Below are positions 1-9,363 of a stretch of DNA of 61,092 nt, in pieces. Origin of the DNA: a bacterium (lineage in GTDB: Bacteria; Patescibacteriota; Microgenomatia; JAMCZE01); NCBI GenBank assembly GCA_021788195.1, contig JAJYKY010000001.1:1-61092 (forward strand), in the 5' to 3' direction. The notes beneath the pieces are model-generated. The model ran no database searches. It saw only the letters and a program-made list of their open reading frames with translations, and was not told the origin of the DNA. Each line of letters starts with the position of its first letter. Position 1 is the first letter of the stretch. The translations under genes and the position numbers were made by a program.

Positions 1-102
1 ATATAGCGATTTGACAATCCAAACTATTAAACCGGGTCATGGCGCTTTTTTAATCCCACAGCAAGGGAAGCAACTCAGGGAAGCAAAAAAACATTCCGAA
101 CT

Positions 103-2862
103 TTAGTTCGGATAGTGGCATTTTTTGTACTTTTTCCCCGACCCGCACCAACAGGGATCGTTGCGGCCGGGGCGTGGTTTAGACATTTGACCATCGTCTG
201 TTATCCGTCTGCTACCCGTCTGGTTACCGTCTGCGATTGCTTTTGCTTCTTCTTTTACCCCGGTTTCGATACTTTCGATCTGGCCGGCATTGGTTTTTTG
301 AACCGCGGCTACCTGCTCCGGGGTGGCAATGGCAACTTTAAATACCCGCCGGACAATATCGTAATCGATCGCCGAGAGTAATCTCTCGAACATATTAAAA
401 GCTTCCGTTTTGTATTCGACCAGCGGATCTCTCTGGGCATAACCGCGAAGGCCGATACCTTCACGAAGATCGTCAATACTTTCCAGGTGTTCCATCCAAA
501 GATTGTCCGTAACCCGCAGCATTTCCTGTTGTTCAACATACCGGATTAAATTCGGGCCCATCTGTTTTTCCCGGGCAGCATAAACATCCCGGGCAATTTT
601 CTGCAGAAACTGGGTCAGGGTTTCGCCTTGGGCACCGTTTTTGGCTATCTGATCGTTTATAGCTGCTTTAGAGGCTTCATCAAAGGGAATAATCGTCGCA
701 AACTCTTCGACAATCTTTTCACTGTCGGCCGATTCAAAATTTGCCCGGGTATTGGAAAGCGCAATTGCCGCCACTTCCTGATCGATCTTTTGCAATATCT
801 CTTCCCGCAACCAGCTATCGCCGCCATTCCCATCATTTTTAACTGTCCCGTCCCTGGAGATTTCAAACGCCGCCAGAATTTTTTGCCGCAAGCCATAAAT
901 AATATCCCGTTGTTTGTTCATCACGTCGTCATATTCCAGAAGGTGTTTTCGGGAATCAAAGTTAAACTGTTCAACTTTCGACTGGGCCTGTTCGATCGAG
1001 CGGTTGACCATCGCGTGTTCCAAAGGTTGGTCTTCGGGCAAATTAAAGAAAGTCATCATCTTGGCTACCTGTTCGCCGCCAAACAGGCGCATAATCTCGT
1101 CATCAAGGGCCACAAAAAACCGGCTGGACCCCGGATCGCCCTGCCGGCCGGCCCTCCCCCGCAGCTGATTGTCAATCCGGCGGGATTCATGCCGCTCGGT
1201 CCCGATAACATGCAGACCTCCGGAGGCCACTATTTCATCATGATCCTTTTCCCACTGTTTCCATTCCGGAGTCCCGGTTTTCGGCCGGCCGTCTTCATAT
1301 TTTGGCGTGTTCCCACCCAAAATGATATCTACTCCCCGGCCGGCCATATTAGTCGCTACGGTCACAGCGCCCTTTTTGCCCGCCTGGGACAAAATCATGG
1401 CTTCCTTCTCATGTTGTTTGGCATTAAGCACCTGATGCGGGATCCCTTTATGGTGCAGAAACTGGGAAATAATCTCGTTTTTCTCAATGGAAGTCGTCCC
1501 GACTAAAACCGGCCGCCCGACTTTATGTGCTTCCTCAATATCCCGGACTACCGCGGCGTATTTAGCTCGCTGGGACTTGTAGACCTGATCCGCCAGATCG
1601 GCCCGCACCATTGCCCGGTGAGTCGGAACCTGAACCACAGTCAGATTGTAAATTTTGTGAAATTCTTCCGATTCGGTCGCCGCCGTTCCCGTCATCCCGG
1701 CTAATTTCCCGTATTTGCGAAAATAGTTTTGCAGAGAAATCGTCGCCAAGGTTTTGGATTCCTGTTGAATCGGCACTCCTTCTTTGGCTTCTACCGCCTG
1801 GTGGATACCTTCACTCCAGCGCCGACCGGGCATTAGTCGGCCGGTAAATTCATCGACAATGACCACCTCCCCTTCCCGGACAATATAGTCCCTCTCTTTT
1901 TGGTAAAGTGTTTTGGCTTTCAAAGCGGCCTCAATATGGTGAACTGTAGAAAAATCTTTCTCATAAATATCTTTTGCACCTAAAAGTTGTTCAATCTTGC
2001 CGACTCCGTGGTCGGTTAAATGGGCTGTCCGCAGTTTTTCGTCGATGACATAATCCAGTTTGGGAGTCAATTTTTCGACTAGCCGGGCGTATTCATAATA
2101 TTTTTGCGTCGCTTCTTCCTGCGGTGCGGAAATAATATGCGGCGTCCGGGCTTCGTCGATTAGAACCGAATCCACTTCGTCAACGATCGCATAGTGGAAA
2201 CCTCTTTGCACTAGCTCCTCCCGGCTCCGGGCCATATTGTCCCGCAGGTAATCGAAACCGAATTCAGAGTTGATACCGTAAGTAATATCAGCGGCGTAGG
2301 CTTCCTTTCGGGAAACCAATTTTAGATGGCGCATCCGCCAGTCCGAAACATTTTCGTCAATAAAATCCGGGTCAAAAACATACGACTGCTCATGGACGAT
2401 AGCCGCGGTCGACAAACCCAGAAAGCTATATATTGCCCCCATCCAACCGGCATCCCGTTTAACGAGGTAATCATTAACTGTCACCAGGTGAACGCCTTTG
2501 CCGGTCAGAGCGTTTAAATACAGAGGCATAGAAGCCGTCAGAGTTTTTCCTTCACCCGTCTTTTGTTCGGCAATCTTTCCCTGATGCAAAGCCGCTGCCG
2601 CCATCACTTGAACATCGAAATGTCGTTCTTTATTTATTCTAAGAGAAGCCTCCCGGACCAGGGCAAACGCTTCCGGAAGAAGATCGTCTGGACTGGCTCC
2701 GCGCGTTAGCTTTTCCTTAAGTTTGGCCGTCTCTTCCGGGAAATCTTTATCCTTAAGTTTCTTGACTTTTTCTTCCCGACGGTTAACTTCTTCAACCAGC
2801 GGAATTAGTCTCTTGATTTCCTTTTCGTTAGAGTCTAAAAATGTAGATATAAATTTAAACAT
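103..2862 (-). CDS. secA: Preprotein translocase ATPase SecA
   Basis: 919-aa ORF. Motor motifs KTGEGKTL and VDEVDSVLIDEARTP. C-terminal zinc-finger tail CWCGSGKKYKKCH is typical of SecA. Confidence 0.97.
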   Translation of the reverse strand: MFKFISTFLDSNEKEIKRLIPLVEEVNRREEKVKKLKDKDFPEETAKLKEKLTRGASPDDLLPEAFALVREASLRINKERHFDVQVMAAAALHQGKIAEQKTGEGKTLTASMPLYLNALTGKGVHLVTVNDYLVKRDAGWMGAIYSFLGLSTAAIVHEQSYVFDPDFIDENVSDWRMRHLKLVSRKEAYAADITYGINSEFGFDYLRDNMARSREELVQRGFHYAIVDEVDSVLIDEARTPHIISAPQEEATQKYYEYARLVEKLTPKLDYVIDEKLRTAHLTDHGVGKIEQLLGAKDIYEKDFSTVHHIEAALKAKTLYQKERDYIVREGEVVIVDEFTGRLMPGRRWSEGIHQAVEAKEGVPIQQESKTLATISLQNYFRKYGKLAGMTGTAATESEEFHKIYNLTVVQVPTHRAMVRADLADQVYKSQRAKYAAVVRDIEEAHKVGRPVLVGTTSIEKNEIISQFLHHKGIPHQVLNAKQHEKEAMILSQAGKKGAVTVATNMAGRGVDIILGGNTPKYEDGRPKTGTPEWKQWEKDHDEIVASGGLHVIGTERHESRRIDNQLRGRAGRQGDPGSSRFFVALDDEIMRLFGGEQVAKMMTFFNLPEDQPLEHAMVNRSIEQAQSKVEQFNFDSRKHLLEYDDVMNKQRDIIYGLRQKILAAFEISRDGTVKNDGNGGDSWLREEILQKIDQEVAAIALSNTRANFESADSEKIVEEFATIIPFDEASKAAINDQIAKNGAQGETLTQFLQKIARDVYAAREKQMGPNLIRYVEQQEMLRVTDNLWMEHLESIDDLREGIGLRGYAQRDPLVEYKTEAFNMFERLLSAIDYDIVRRVFKVAIATPEQVAAVQKTNAGQIESIETGVKEEAKAIADGNQTGSRRITDDGQMSKPRPGRNDPCWCGSGKKYKKCHYPN

Positions 2863-2904
2863 AGGTAGAATTTCCCGTTAAATTCTCTGCCTATTCTACC
2901 ACTT

Positions 2905-4005
2905 TTGATGCCCCAAACGGAGAAAGAGAATTCCGGTTTTGACAATCCGAAAGCTACCAGAATTATTCCTGCTATGACTCCGGATCAGGAAGTAACTTTA
3001 CTCAAAGCCGCCGCTGTCGGGGAATTTCACAAAAAAAATATCGTTTCCAAAACCGGACTGGAGGCTTTTATTTTCTATTCCCGGGAGCCGCAAAAAACTC
3101 CATCCCGCCGGTTTAGGATTATCGGCCCCGTCGAACCTTCAGATTTTGCCGGCGAAATTGGCTCGGCTAAGCACCGGGCCGTTAACGCCGCTGTCTTAGC
3201 CCAAATGGATGGACTCTCGCCGGACCGGATCCGGGGAAAAATTGCCCTTAGCCGCGGGATAAAAGACTATCAAAAACTTTCCCAGCTCGATTTATTTTCC
3301 GAAACCGTTCCCCGGCGGTTAGCACTTTCCGAAACCGTTGATGAAATTATCCGGATCAAAGACAATCTTTTTTCCGTCTTCGGTGATATTAAAGAATATT
3401 ATCCGGAGATTACTTTCATCTTTCCGGTCAAATTTCAGGGGAAGAGAAAAATCGGTGAGTTTCACATCCGCTGCGACGCCGTCATCGTCGGCGATAAGGC
3501 TTCCGGAATCGTGGATTTCAAAACCGGCCGGCCATTCAGCCAGGAAAGAATCCTTTACAATTTAACCTGCCTGTCCTGCGCCTGGGCAGTCTGGGATTCT
3601 GCAACAACCAAAAAGCATAAATGGCCGACTCCCCGGGAGATGACCCAATGGAAAGAAAAGGTAAAAAAGGAAAAAAGGCTGCAGGAAGAAGAAATTCAGC
3701 AAAGTATCTGGTGGCTGGACGAAGAAGAAAAGGAAATTACTACCCCTGTAAGGGCCGACGGAAAAATAATTGACCGGGGACTGGTCTTGCGTTCCGCGAA
3801 ACCTCTGTCCGGAGTCAATCCGACTCTGAATCCGTCTTTCGCCGTGATCTGGCCGAACGAAATTGTCACCAACCATACCTTTAACCTCCAACGCCCTGAA
3901 CTTCTTGAAACAGTAAAACGCAGTACCGACCGGATCCCTTATCTACTTTTAGAAAACCGGACGGATGTTGAAAAAGCCCGGCTAAAATCACCCCGGTTGA
4001 AGTAA
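2905..4005 (+). CDS. Hypothetical protein with PD-(D/E)XK (RecB/Cas4-like) nuclease core
   Basis: 366-aa ORF. Ordered motifs HIRCDAV, GIVDFKTG (D-x-K) and QERILYNL (Q-h-x-x-Y) match the RecB-family nuclease signature. Start is TTG at 2905 or ATG at 2908; a TATTCT -10 lies at 2892-2897. Confidence 0.5.
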   Translation: MMPQTEKENSGFDNPKATRIIPAMTPDQEVTLLKAAAVGEFHKKNIVSKTGLEAFIFYSREPQKTPSRRFRIIGPVEPSDFAGEIGSAKHRAVNAAVLAQMDGLSPDRIRGKIALSRGIKDYQKLSQLDLFSETVPRRLALSETVDEIIRIKDNLFSVFGDIKEYYPEITFIFPVKFQGKRKIGEFHIRCDAVIVGDKASGIVDFKTGRPFSQERILYNLTCLSCAWAVWDSATTKKHKWPTPREMTQWKEKVKKEKRLQEEEIQQSIWWLDEEEKEITTPVRADGKIIDRGLVLRSAKPLSGVNPTLNPSFAVIWPNEIVTNHTFNLQRPELLETVKRSTDRIPYLLLENRTDVEKARLKSPRLK

Positions 4006-4034
4006 ACCATTTACAACCAAAGTATAATTTACCT

Positions 4035-4511
4035 ATGGGAGAAAGAAAGATAAAAATGCCCTTCCCCATTCCCGAAGGCTACGAGATGGAAAGCGTGGAA
4101 TTTATTTTGCGCAAACGATCCGAAACTTCTTCCCGAAAAAAAGTTACTCCCGAACAACTGGAAAAACAAGCTAAGGTAAAAATGGAACATGCCCGGTTGT
4201 TTGCCGATGTCCGCGATCTGGTCGCCGCCAATGAACAAACCATCGTCAACGCCAGAAGCCGGCAGTTAAGCGATATTGTCGACACAGGCGATATTAATAC
4301 TAAAACCAAGGCTGAGCTGGCCGGAAGGATCCGAAGGCTTCACCTTTCCGAGGAATATTTTACCGAACAGTTAGCCCGCGGCCTAATGCAATCAAACGTC
4401 TGGTCCGATGAATGGCGTGAATTTCGCTACGACATCGCCCACAATTTGTACCATTTTTTTACCGAGACTCCCCGGAAAGAGCCTAAAAAAAGACAGCGTG
4501 TCAGAAGGTAA
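4035..4511 (+). CDS. Hypothetical protein (158 aa, charged/helical)
   Basis: Intact ORF with TATAAT at 4023-4028 exactly 6 nt upstream of the ATG. No recognisable motif. Confidence 0.55.
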   Translation: MGERKIKMPFPIPEGYEMESVEFILRKRSETSSRKKVTPEQLEKQAKVKMEHARLFADVRDLVAANEQTIVNARSRQLSDIVDTGDINTKTKAELAGRIRRLHLSEEYFTEQLARGLMQSNVWSDEWREFRYDIAHNLYHFFTETPRKEPKKRQRVRR

Positions 4512-5010
4512 TCCGGTCTATCCGGTTAGAAAAATTCTTTTCCGGCTCAAAATAATTGATTAGTATTTCCCCGCCTTTTTTTAAATACCTTCGGCAGTCA
4601 CCAACCGATGCTTCTTTTTGCCCTTTATAAGCGTCAACCAGAATCAGATCGAACTTGTGTTTTGTCTGGTAACGCTTGGCATCGGCAATCACCACTTCAA
4701 GGTTCGGGATTTTGTCCAAGCCAAAATATTTCTTACCGAGATCAATCATTACCGGATCAATCTCAACGCCGGTAATTTCCGTTACGGGAAATTTTTTTGC
4801 CACCAGTTTTGCCGCAAGGCCGCACCCCAAGCCTAAAATTAAAACCCGGTGACACTCTTTGGCGGACACCTTTTCCAGACCTTTTTTCCACACCGCTTCC
4901 ACCAAAGGCCCGGACTGCTCTACGCCGCCTATCCAAACAGACTTCTGCCAAAGAAAGCTCTTCAGCTTAATCTGGCCGTTATACTCGGAAACGAAGCTTT
5001 GCCACATCAA
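4501..5010 (-). CDS. SAM/dcSAM-dependent transferase, spermidine-synthase-like class I fold
   Basis: 169-aa ORF. VLILGLGCGLAAK (GxGxG motif I), GVEIDP acidic loop and LILVDAY. Last gene of a three-gene overlapping unit. Confidence 0.6.
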   Translation of the reverse strand: MMWQSFVSEYNGQIKLKSFLWQKSVWIGGVEQSGPLVEAVWKKGLEKVSAKECHRVLILGLGCGLAAKLVAKKFPVTEITGVEIDPVMIDLGKKYFGLDKIPNLEVVIADAKRYQTKHKFDLILVDAYKGQKEASVGDCRRYLKKGGEILINYFEPEKNFSNRIDRITF

Positions 5011-5977
5011 TAATTTGCTGCAGAAACCGGGAATAAGTATATCCGGCCGCTTTAGCAGACCGGATCATGCCGTCTTCCGGTCCGATTCCGGGATTGGCGT
5101 TAACTTCCAGAACATACGGCGTGCCGTCGGTTGAGAGACGGATATCAACCCGGGCGTAATCCCGGCAACCGGTCAAAAGAAAGGCTTTTTTGGCAACCTC
5201 TTCAACCTCCTTTTGAACTGCAGGATCCAGTTTTGCCGGACAAACACCGGTAGTTTCCCTGTAGGCAACGCTGTCTTCAAACCATTTGGCCGCGAAATCT
5301 ACAACCTGAAATTTACCTTTGAATGACGGACCAAAAATAATTTCGGAAATCGGTAAAATCTCTGCCTTCAGACCGTTGCCTAAAATTGAAACGTTTAACT
5401 CCCGGCCGGGAATGTATTCTTCAACTAAAGTCGGCTCGACATAAGCTTTACAGATTTTCTCAATCTTCCCGTAAGCTTGTTTTTTTGTCGTCAGAACGGA
5501 GAGACTGTCAATTCCCAAACTGCAGTCTTCGTTGGACGGCTTGGCAATAAGGGGAAACGCCAACTCCGGATTAATTTCCTCCCGGCAGTTTTTAAACCTC
5601 TGAAATTTCGGTGTCGGAACACCATTCTTAAGAAGCAACTCCTTCGTGGCAATTTTATCCGTCGTCAACAGGATTGCTTTTGCGTCCGAACCGGTATATG
5701 GAACCCCCGTAGCCGCTAAGGCCTCGGCCACTTGATATTCAGTTTTAGGCAAACTGTTAATTCCGAAAGCCTGGTTGAAAAATAAATCCGTTTTTCTTTC
5801 TTTAAGGTGACCGATGTTTTTTTCATCAATCGACAGTAATTCCACCTCGTTCCCGGCCAATCTCAAGTTCTTAGCGACGGCCTCAACAGTCTTTACACTG
5901 TCCTGGTCCGCCAGGATATCTTCAGGTTGGCCGCGGGAAACTGATGTGACCAAATTGTAAATCAGAGTTATGTTCAT
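4979..5977 (-). CDS. ATP-grasp ligase of the D-Ala-D-Ala ligase (Ddl) family, non-canonical N-terminus
   Basis: 332-aa ORF. ATP-grasp features include ATKELLLKNGVPTP, IAKPSNEDCSLGI and ARVDIRL...PYVLEVNANPG. It lacks the usual Ddl N-terminal GGxSxEHxVS segment. Its start overlaps the upstream gene's stop by 4 nt (ATGA). Confidence 0.65.
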   Translation of the reverse strand: MNITLIYNLVTSVSRGQPEDILADQDSVKTVEAVAKNLRLAGNEVELLSIDEKNIGHLKERKTDLFFNQAFGINSLPKTEYQVAEALAATGVPYTGSDAKAILLTTDKIATKELLLKNGVPTPKFQRFKNCREEINPELAFPLIAKPSNEDCSLGIDSLSVLTTKKQAYGKIEKICKAYVEPTLVEEYIPGRELNVSILGNGLKAEILPISEIIFGPSFKGKFQVVDFAAKWFEDSVAYRETTGVCPAKLDPAVQKEVEEVAKKAFLLTGCRDYARVDIRLSTDGTPYVLEVNANPGIGPEDGMIRSAKAAGYTYSRFLQQIIDVAKLRFRV

Positions 5978-7338
5978 GAAAGTTCTGAAAGCTCATCTCT
6001 ATAAATTTTTATCAGACGGCTCTTTAATTCATAGGTCAAGGTGTCGGTCGTGTGAATGCCGAAAAACTTTTCCCGGAGTTCCCGTTCCCGGCTTTTGGCT
6101 TCGGAAAGATATTCTTTTTTAAAGATTTTTATCAGTCCTCCTTTGGCTCCGAGCCGATAGGCCATAAGGAACGCCAATAATTGTTCGTCCCTGCCTAAAC
6201 CACTTTGGTCATAAACGCCGTTCTTATCAGTTTCCTTCTTAAACAACGAATAAAGTTCCTGTTTTCTTTCTACCAACAGGTTTTCGGTAAAACCAACACT
6301 CTTCGGGTCCAATCCCAAAGCCAGCATAAACACATAAATCCGGGCGCATTTACTGCACTGGCCGCACCATCTTTTAGTGGCAGCAGAATCCTCCTCCGAA
6401 AAACAAGACATCTGATATTTGCCAATTGCCGGATATCTGGAGTGCAGGATTTTCATAATCGCAATTTCGTGAATCGGCTCCAGAAGGCTGGCAAAAACCG
6501 AATTGCTCCCCAGTTGCCGGGCTAGATTATTAGAGGTTAGCAGCCAATTGCGGCTTTGTTCAAAAACCGGATTAACCATATACCCCTCAGTATCACAGAA
6601 AAAATCATTACAGCTTTGCTCGTGAGCCCAAAAGAGATACCGGGCCCGCAGACCGAAAAGATACGGCAGGAGCAAAAGGGTATACTGGGTTAAAACCATA
6701 TCCCAGCCCCACCAATTCCCGGAGGTTTGCCGTAATCTTCCGGCCGAAACAGGGAAAAATTCGACATTGGTAGAAAACTCCTCGAAAAAACGGTCAGCCA
6801 ATTTGCGTTTATGCCGGTTTTCGAACGGACTTTTCGGTTCCCGGAAAAAGACAGCGTGCGGTTCAATCCCTAATTCCCGGGATAGAGCAAAAGTTAATAA
6901 ACTGTCTTTACCGAAGGAAAAAGGGATTACGGCGCGGTTCTTAGTGTTACGGTTTAAATTTTTAAACCGGTTGTAACGAGGCCGGCCCGTAAATTCGATA
7001 TTTAAATGCCGGTTGTAAAACAGCCTCAAAAGATCAGATGTGCGGACATTCCCGTTTCCCAATAACGTTGTTTCTCCCAGAGAATAAATCATTCCTTTAA
7101 AAAAGTATGGTTCAAACTGCGGCGGGGGGAAATTGTAAATTATTTTATCGTGGCCATTGAGACAAAGATGCATCGTTAAAGAGTAAGCCAGAGCATCAGC
7201 AAAATTCTGCCGGTAAATATCCGGAAATTCTTTCCAGACAGAGGCCGGGTAGTTTATCTGGTAGCTTTTTCTTTCCAGGGAGATTTCTATACCGTTGGGA
7301 ATAACCTTGCGAAATACTTTAGTTGCAGTTTGTTTCAT
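5974..7338 (-). CDS. PP-loop-like ATP pyrophosphatase-family protein with QueC-like tetra-Cys cluster, function unknown
   Basis: 454-aa ORF. PP-loop-like IPFSFGKDS and C-x12-C-x2-C-x2-C (CFSEEDSAATKRWCGQCSKC). A ~135-aa N-terminal extension has no motif I recognise. Confidence 0.45.
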   Translation of the reverse strand: MKQTATKVFRKVIPNGIEISLERKSYQINYPASVWKEFPDIYRQNFADALAYSLTMHLCLNGHDKIIYNFPPPQFEPYFFKGMIYSLGETTLLGNGNVRTSDLLRLFYNRHLNIEFTGRPRYNRFKNLNRNTKNRAVIPFSFGKDSLLTFALSRELGIEPHAVFFREPKSPFENRHKRKLADRFFEEFSTNVEFFPVSAGRLRQTSGNWWGWDMVLTQYTLLLLPYLFGLRARYLFWAHEQSCNDFFCDTEGYMVNPVFEQSRNWLLTSNNLARQLGSNSVFASLLEPIHEIAIMKILHSRYPAIGKYQMSCFSEEDSAATKRWCGQCSKCARIYVFMLALGLDPKSVGFTENLLVERKQELYSLFKKETDKNGVYDQSGLGRDEQLLAFLMAYRLGAKGGLIKIFKKEYLSEAKSRERELREKFFGIHTTDTLTYELKSRLIKIYRDELSELS

Positions 7339-7400
7339 TTTAGAGCGCCTTTATGGCCCCCAGTTAACATGTTGCAAAACAAAAGAATTTATACTTTTCC

Positions 7401-7428
7401 AGAATAACAAAGTAGAGCTAAATGTCAA
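7401..7428 (-). promoter_or_regulatory. Sigma70-type promoter for the 7338->4501 three-gene unit
   Basis: On the minus strand: TTGACA (7423-7428), 16-nt spacer, TATTCT (7401-7406). It sits immediately downstream of the serS stop. Confidence 0.5.
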
Positions 7429-7433
7429 GAAGA

Positions 7434-8792
7434 TTATGCCGCTTTCTTCGGAAGTATGACCTTTTTCCCTATATATATTTGTAAAACCTCGGGGACAGTA
7501 ACGGACCGGTCGGGATTTTGATAATTTTCCAATATGGCGATCAACATTCTTCCCATCGGACAACCGGTATCATTAACCGTATATGCCAAGGCTTTCTTAC
7601 CGTTCCGGTCTTCCCACCTAATATTCAACCTCCGGGCCTGAAAATCTGTCGCGTTGGTATCGGTTCCCACTTCAATAAATTCTTGCTGCGCCGGTAACCA
7701 AACTTCCGTATCCACCTGTTTTGCGGAAGCAGCATAACCGCTGTCGCCTGAGCATTTAAGAATTTGATGATAGGGTAGTTTTAATGTTTCCAGAAACCAG
7801 CGGTTAATGGCCAGATTTTCTTCAAATATTTTCTCCGCCTGATCCGGCTTGCAAATAGTATCAATTTCCAATTTATCGAACTGATGGACTCTTTTTATCC
7901 CCCGAACGTCCTTTCCCCAGGAACCAACTTCGGAACGAAAACACGGAGTGAAAGCCCACATTTTATAAGGGAGACTTTCTTTGATAAAAGTTCTGTCCAT
8001 TCCGTAACCAAAAAGCGACGGTTCAGAAGACCCGACTAAAAACAGGTCCGTGTTTTCTTCAATATTTTTATTTTCAATTTTATAAACCTGGTCCCGCCCT
8101 TCCGGAAAGTGACTGGTCCCGAATAAGACTTTTTCACGGACCAGAAGAGGAACACTCATGGGGTGATAACCATATTCGGAAATCAATCTTTTGGAAAGCA
8201 AATCAAAAAGAGCGTACTCCATGACCACTAAGTCATCCTTCAGATAAGAAAATCTTGAGCCGGAGGTTTTGGCGCTTTGTTCCACATCAATTACCCCTAA
8301 CTCTTCTCCGAGAGTTACATGATCTTTGGCCGCAAAATCAAAAAGCGGCATCCACTTTTTTGAGAAGTCCTTCAAACCCAATTTTTCTTTGGGAAATTTC
8401 CCTTCTTTTGGTGTCCAGGCACTTATTTCCAGATTGTCATCTTCAGCTTCCCCGATCGGGACATCGGGAGCCAGCATATTGGGTATCCAATCCATAATAT
8501 TTTGCCAGTCGATCTCGACAGCTTTTAACTCTTCCTCTAAGACCTCAACCCCTTCTTTAAGCTTCTTTCCTTCCTCAATCTTTTCCGGGGTGCGTTTCTT
8601 TTCGTCCTTTAACTCCTCGGATAAACGATTTCGGGTCGCCCGCATCGTTTCAATCTCGGAAATCAGTTTGATCTTTCGCCCGTCCAAAAGTAAAAGTTTG
8701 TCCACGTCAGCTTTAGCCGGATTAACCCGCCGGTTCAAAATATTCTGTTTAACTTCTTCCTGATGTTCCCTGATAAACTTTATATCGAGCAT
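7434..8792 (-). CDS. serS: Seryl-tRNA synthetase
   Basis: 452-aa ORF. N-terminal coiled-coil arm (MLDIKFIREH...) and class II core (FRSEVGSWGKDVRGIKRVHQFDKLE, TAVNDTG-like C-terminus). Confidence 0.93.
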   Translation of the reverse strand: MLDIKFIREHQEEVKQNILNRRVNPAKADVDKLLLLDGRKIKLISEIETMRATRNRLSEELKDEKKRTPEKIEEGKKLKEGVEVLEEELKAVEIDWQNIMDWIPNMLAPDVPIGEAEDDNLEISAWTPKEGKFPKEKLGLKDFSKKWMPLFDFAAKDHVTLGEELGVIDVEQSAKTSGSRFSYLKDDLVVMEYALFDLLSKRLISEYGYHPMSVPLLVREKVLFGTSHFPEGRDQVYKIENKNIEENTDLFLVGSSEPSLFGYGMDRTFIKESLPYKMWAFTPCFRSEVGSWGKDVRGIKRVHQFDKLEIDTICKPDQAEKIFEENLAINRWFLETLKLPYHQILKCSGDSGYAASAKQVDTEVWLPAQQEFIEVGTDTNATDFQARRLNIRWEDRNGKKALAYTVNDTGCPMGRMLIAILENYQNPDRSVTVPEVLQIYIGKKVILPKKAA

Positions 8793-8799
8793 ACAATAA

Positions 8800-9363
8800 T
8801 TATATTCCTAATTCGCCGGAAATTCCCTGCATTGCTCTTAAGGCAATCTCCACAAATTCCGGCAAAGGAATTCCCAGTTTTTCTTCACACTTAATAATAT
8901 TTTCCCTTTTAGCACCCGCGGCAAAAGACCTAGTCCTGAATTTATCCAGAACTTTTTCGACCGTCACTCCGGATAATTTTTTGTTGGGTTGAACAAGGGC
9001 GGTGGCTACAATCAGCCCGGTCAGTTCGTCGCAACAAAAAAGCGACCATTCCATTTTATTTTTCGGCTCCTCCCCTCTGTGCGACGCGCCATGAGATTTA
9101 ACACCATTAAGAATATCCCGGTCTGTTTCGCCGAGCTGCTCCAGCCATTTTGCCATCAAAATTGAATGATTAGCCATATCATCCTTCGTCTGTTCGTAAT
9201 CCCCATCATGCAATAAGCCCACGATTTCCCAAGCTTCTTCATCACCGCCGAAACTCTTTGCCAAGGCCCGCATTACCACTCCAACGCTGTAGCAGTGCCG
9301 GCGCAGATTCTGGTTTTGCATCTTAGAATGAAGCAGATTAGTTGCTTGTTGTCGGGTAATCAT
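8800..9363 (-). CDS. HD-domain metal-dependent phosphohydrolase
   Basis: 187-aa ORF with H...LLHDGD HD signature. Its start overlaps the lysS stop by 4 nt. Confidence 0.75.
   Translation of the reverse strand: MITRQQATNLLHSKMQNQNLRRHCYSVGVVMRALAKSFGGDEEAWEIVGLLHDGDYEQTKDDMANHSILMAKWLEQLGETDRDILNGVKSHGASHRGEEPKNKMEWSLFCCDELTGLIVATALVQPNKKLSGVTVEKVLDKFRTRSFAAGAKRENIIKCEEKLGIPLPEFVEIALRAMQGISGELGI

Noticed and set aside
628-1506. 292-aa plus-strand ORF inside secA, and many similar 60-150-aa ORFs antisense to or out of frame with long genes (for example 8326-8763, 11536-12009, 15488-15841, 20994-21356, 36484-36783, 47743-48081, 48373-48720).
   Set aside because: These are shadow ORFs of well-supported genes on the opposite strand or in another frame. 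They have low-complexity or Arg/Ser/Pro-rich translations and no start signals.
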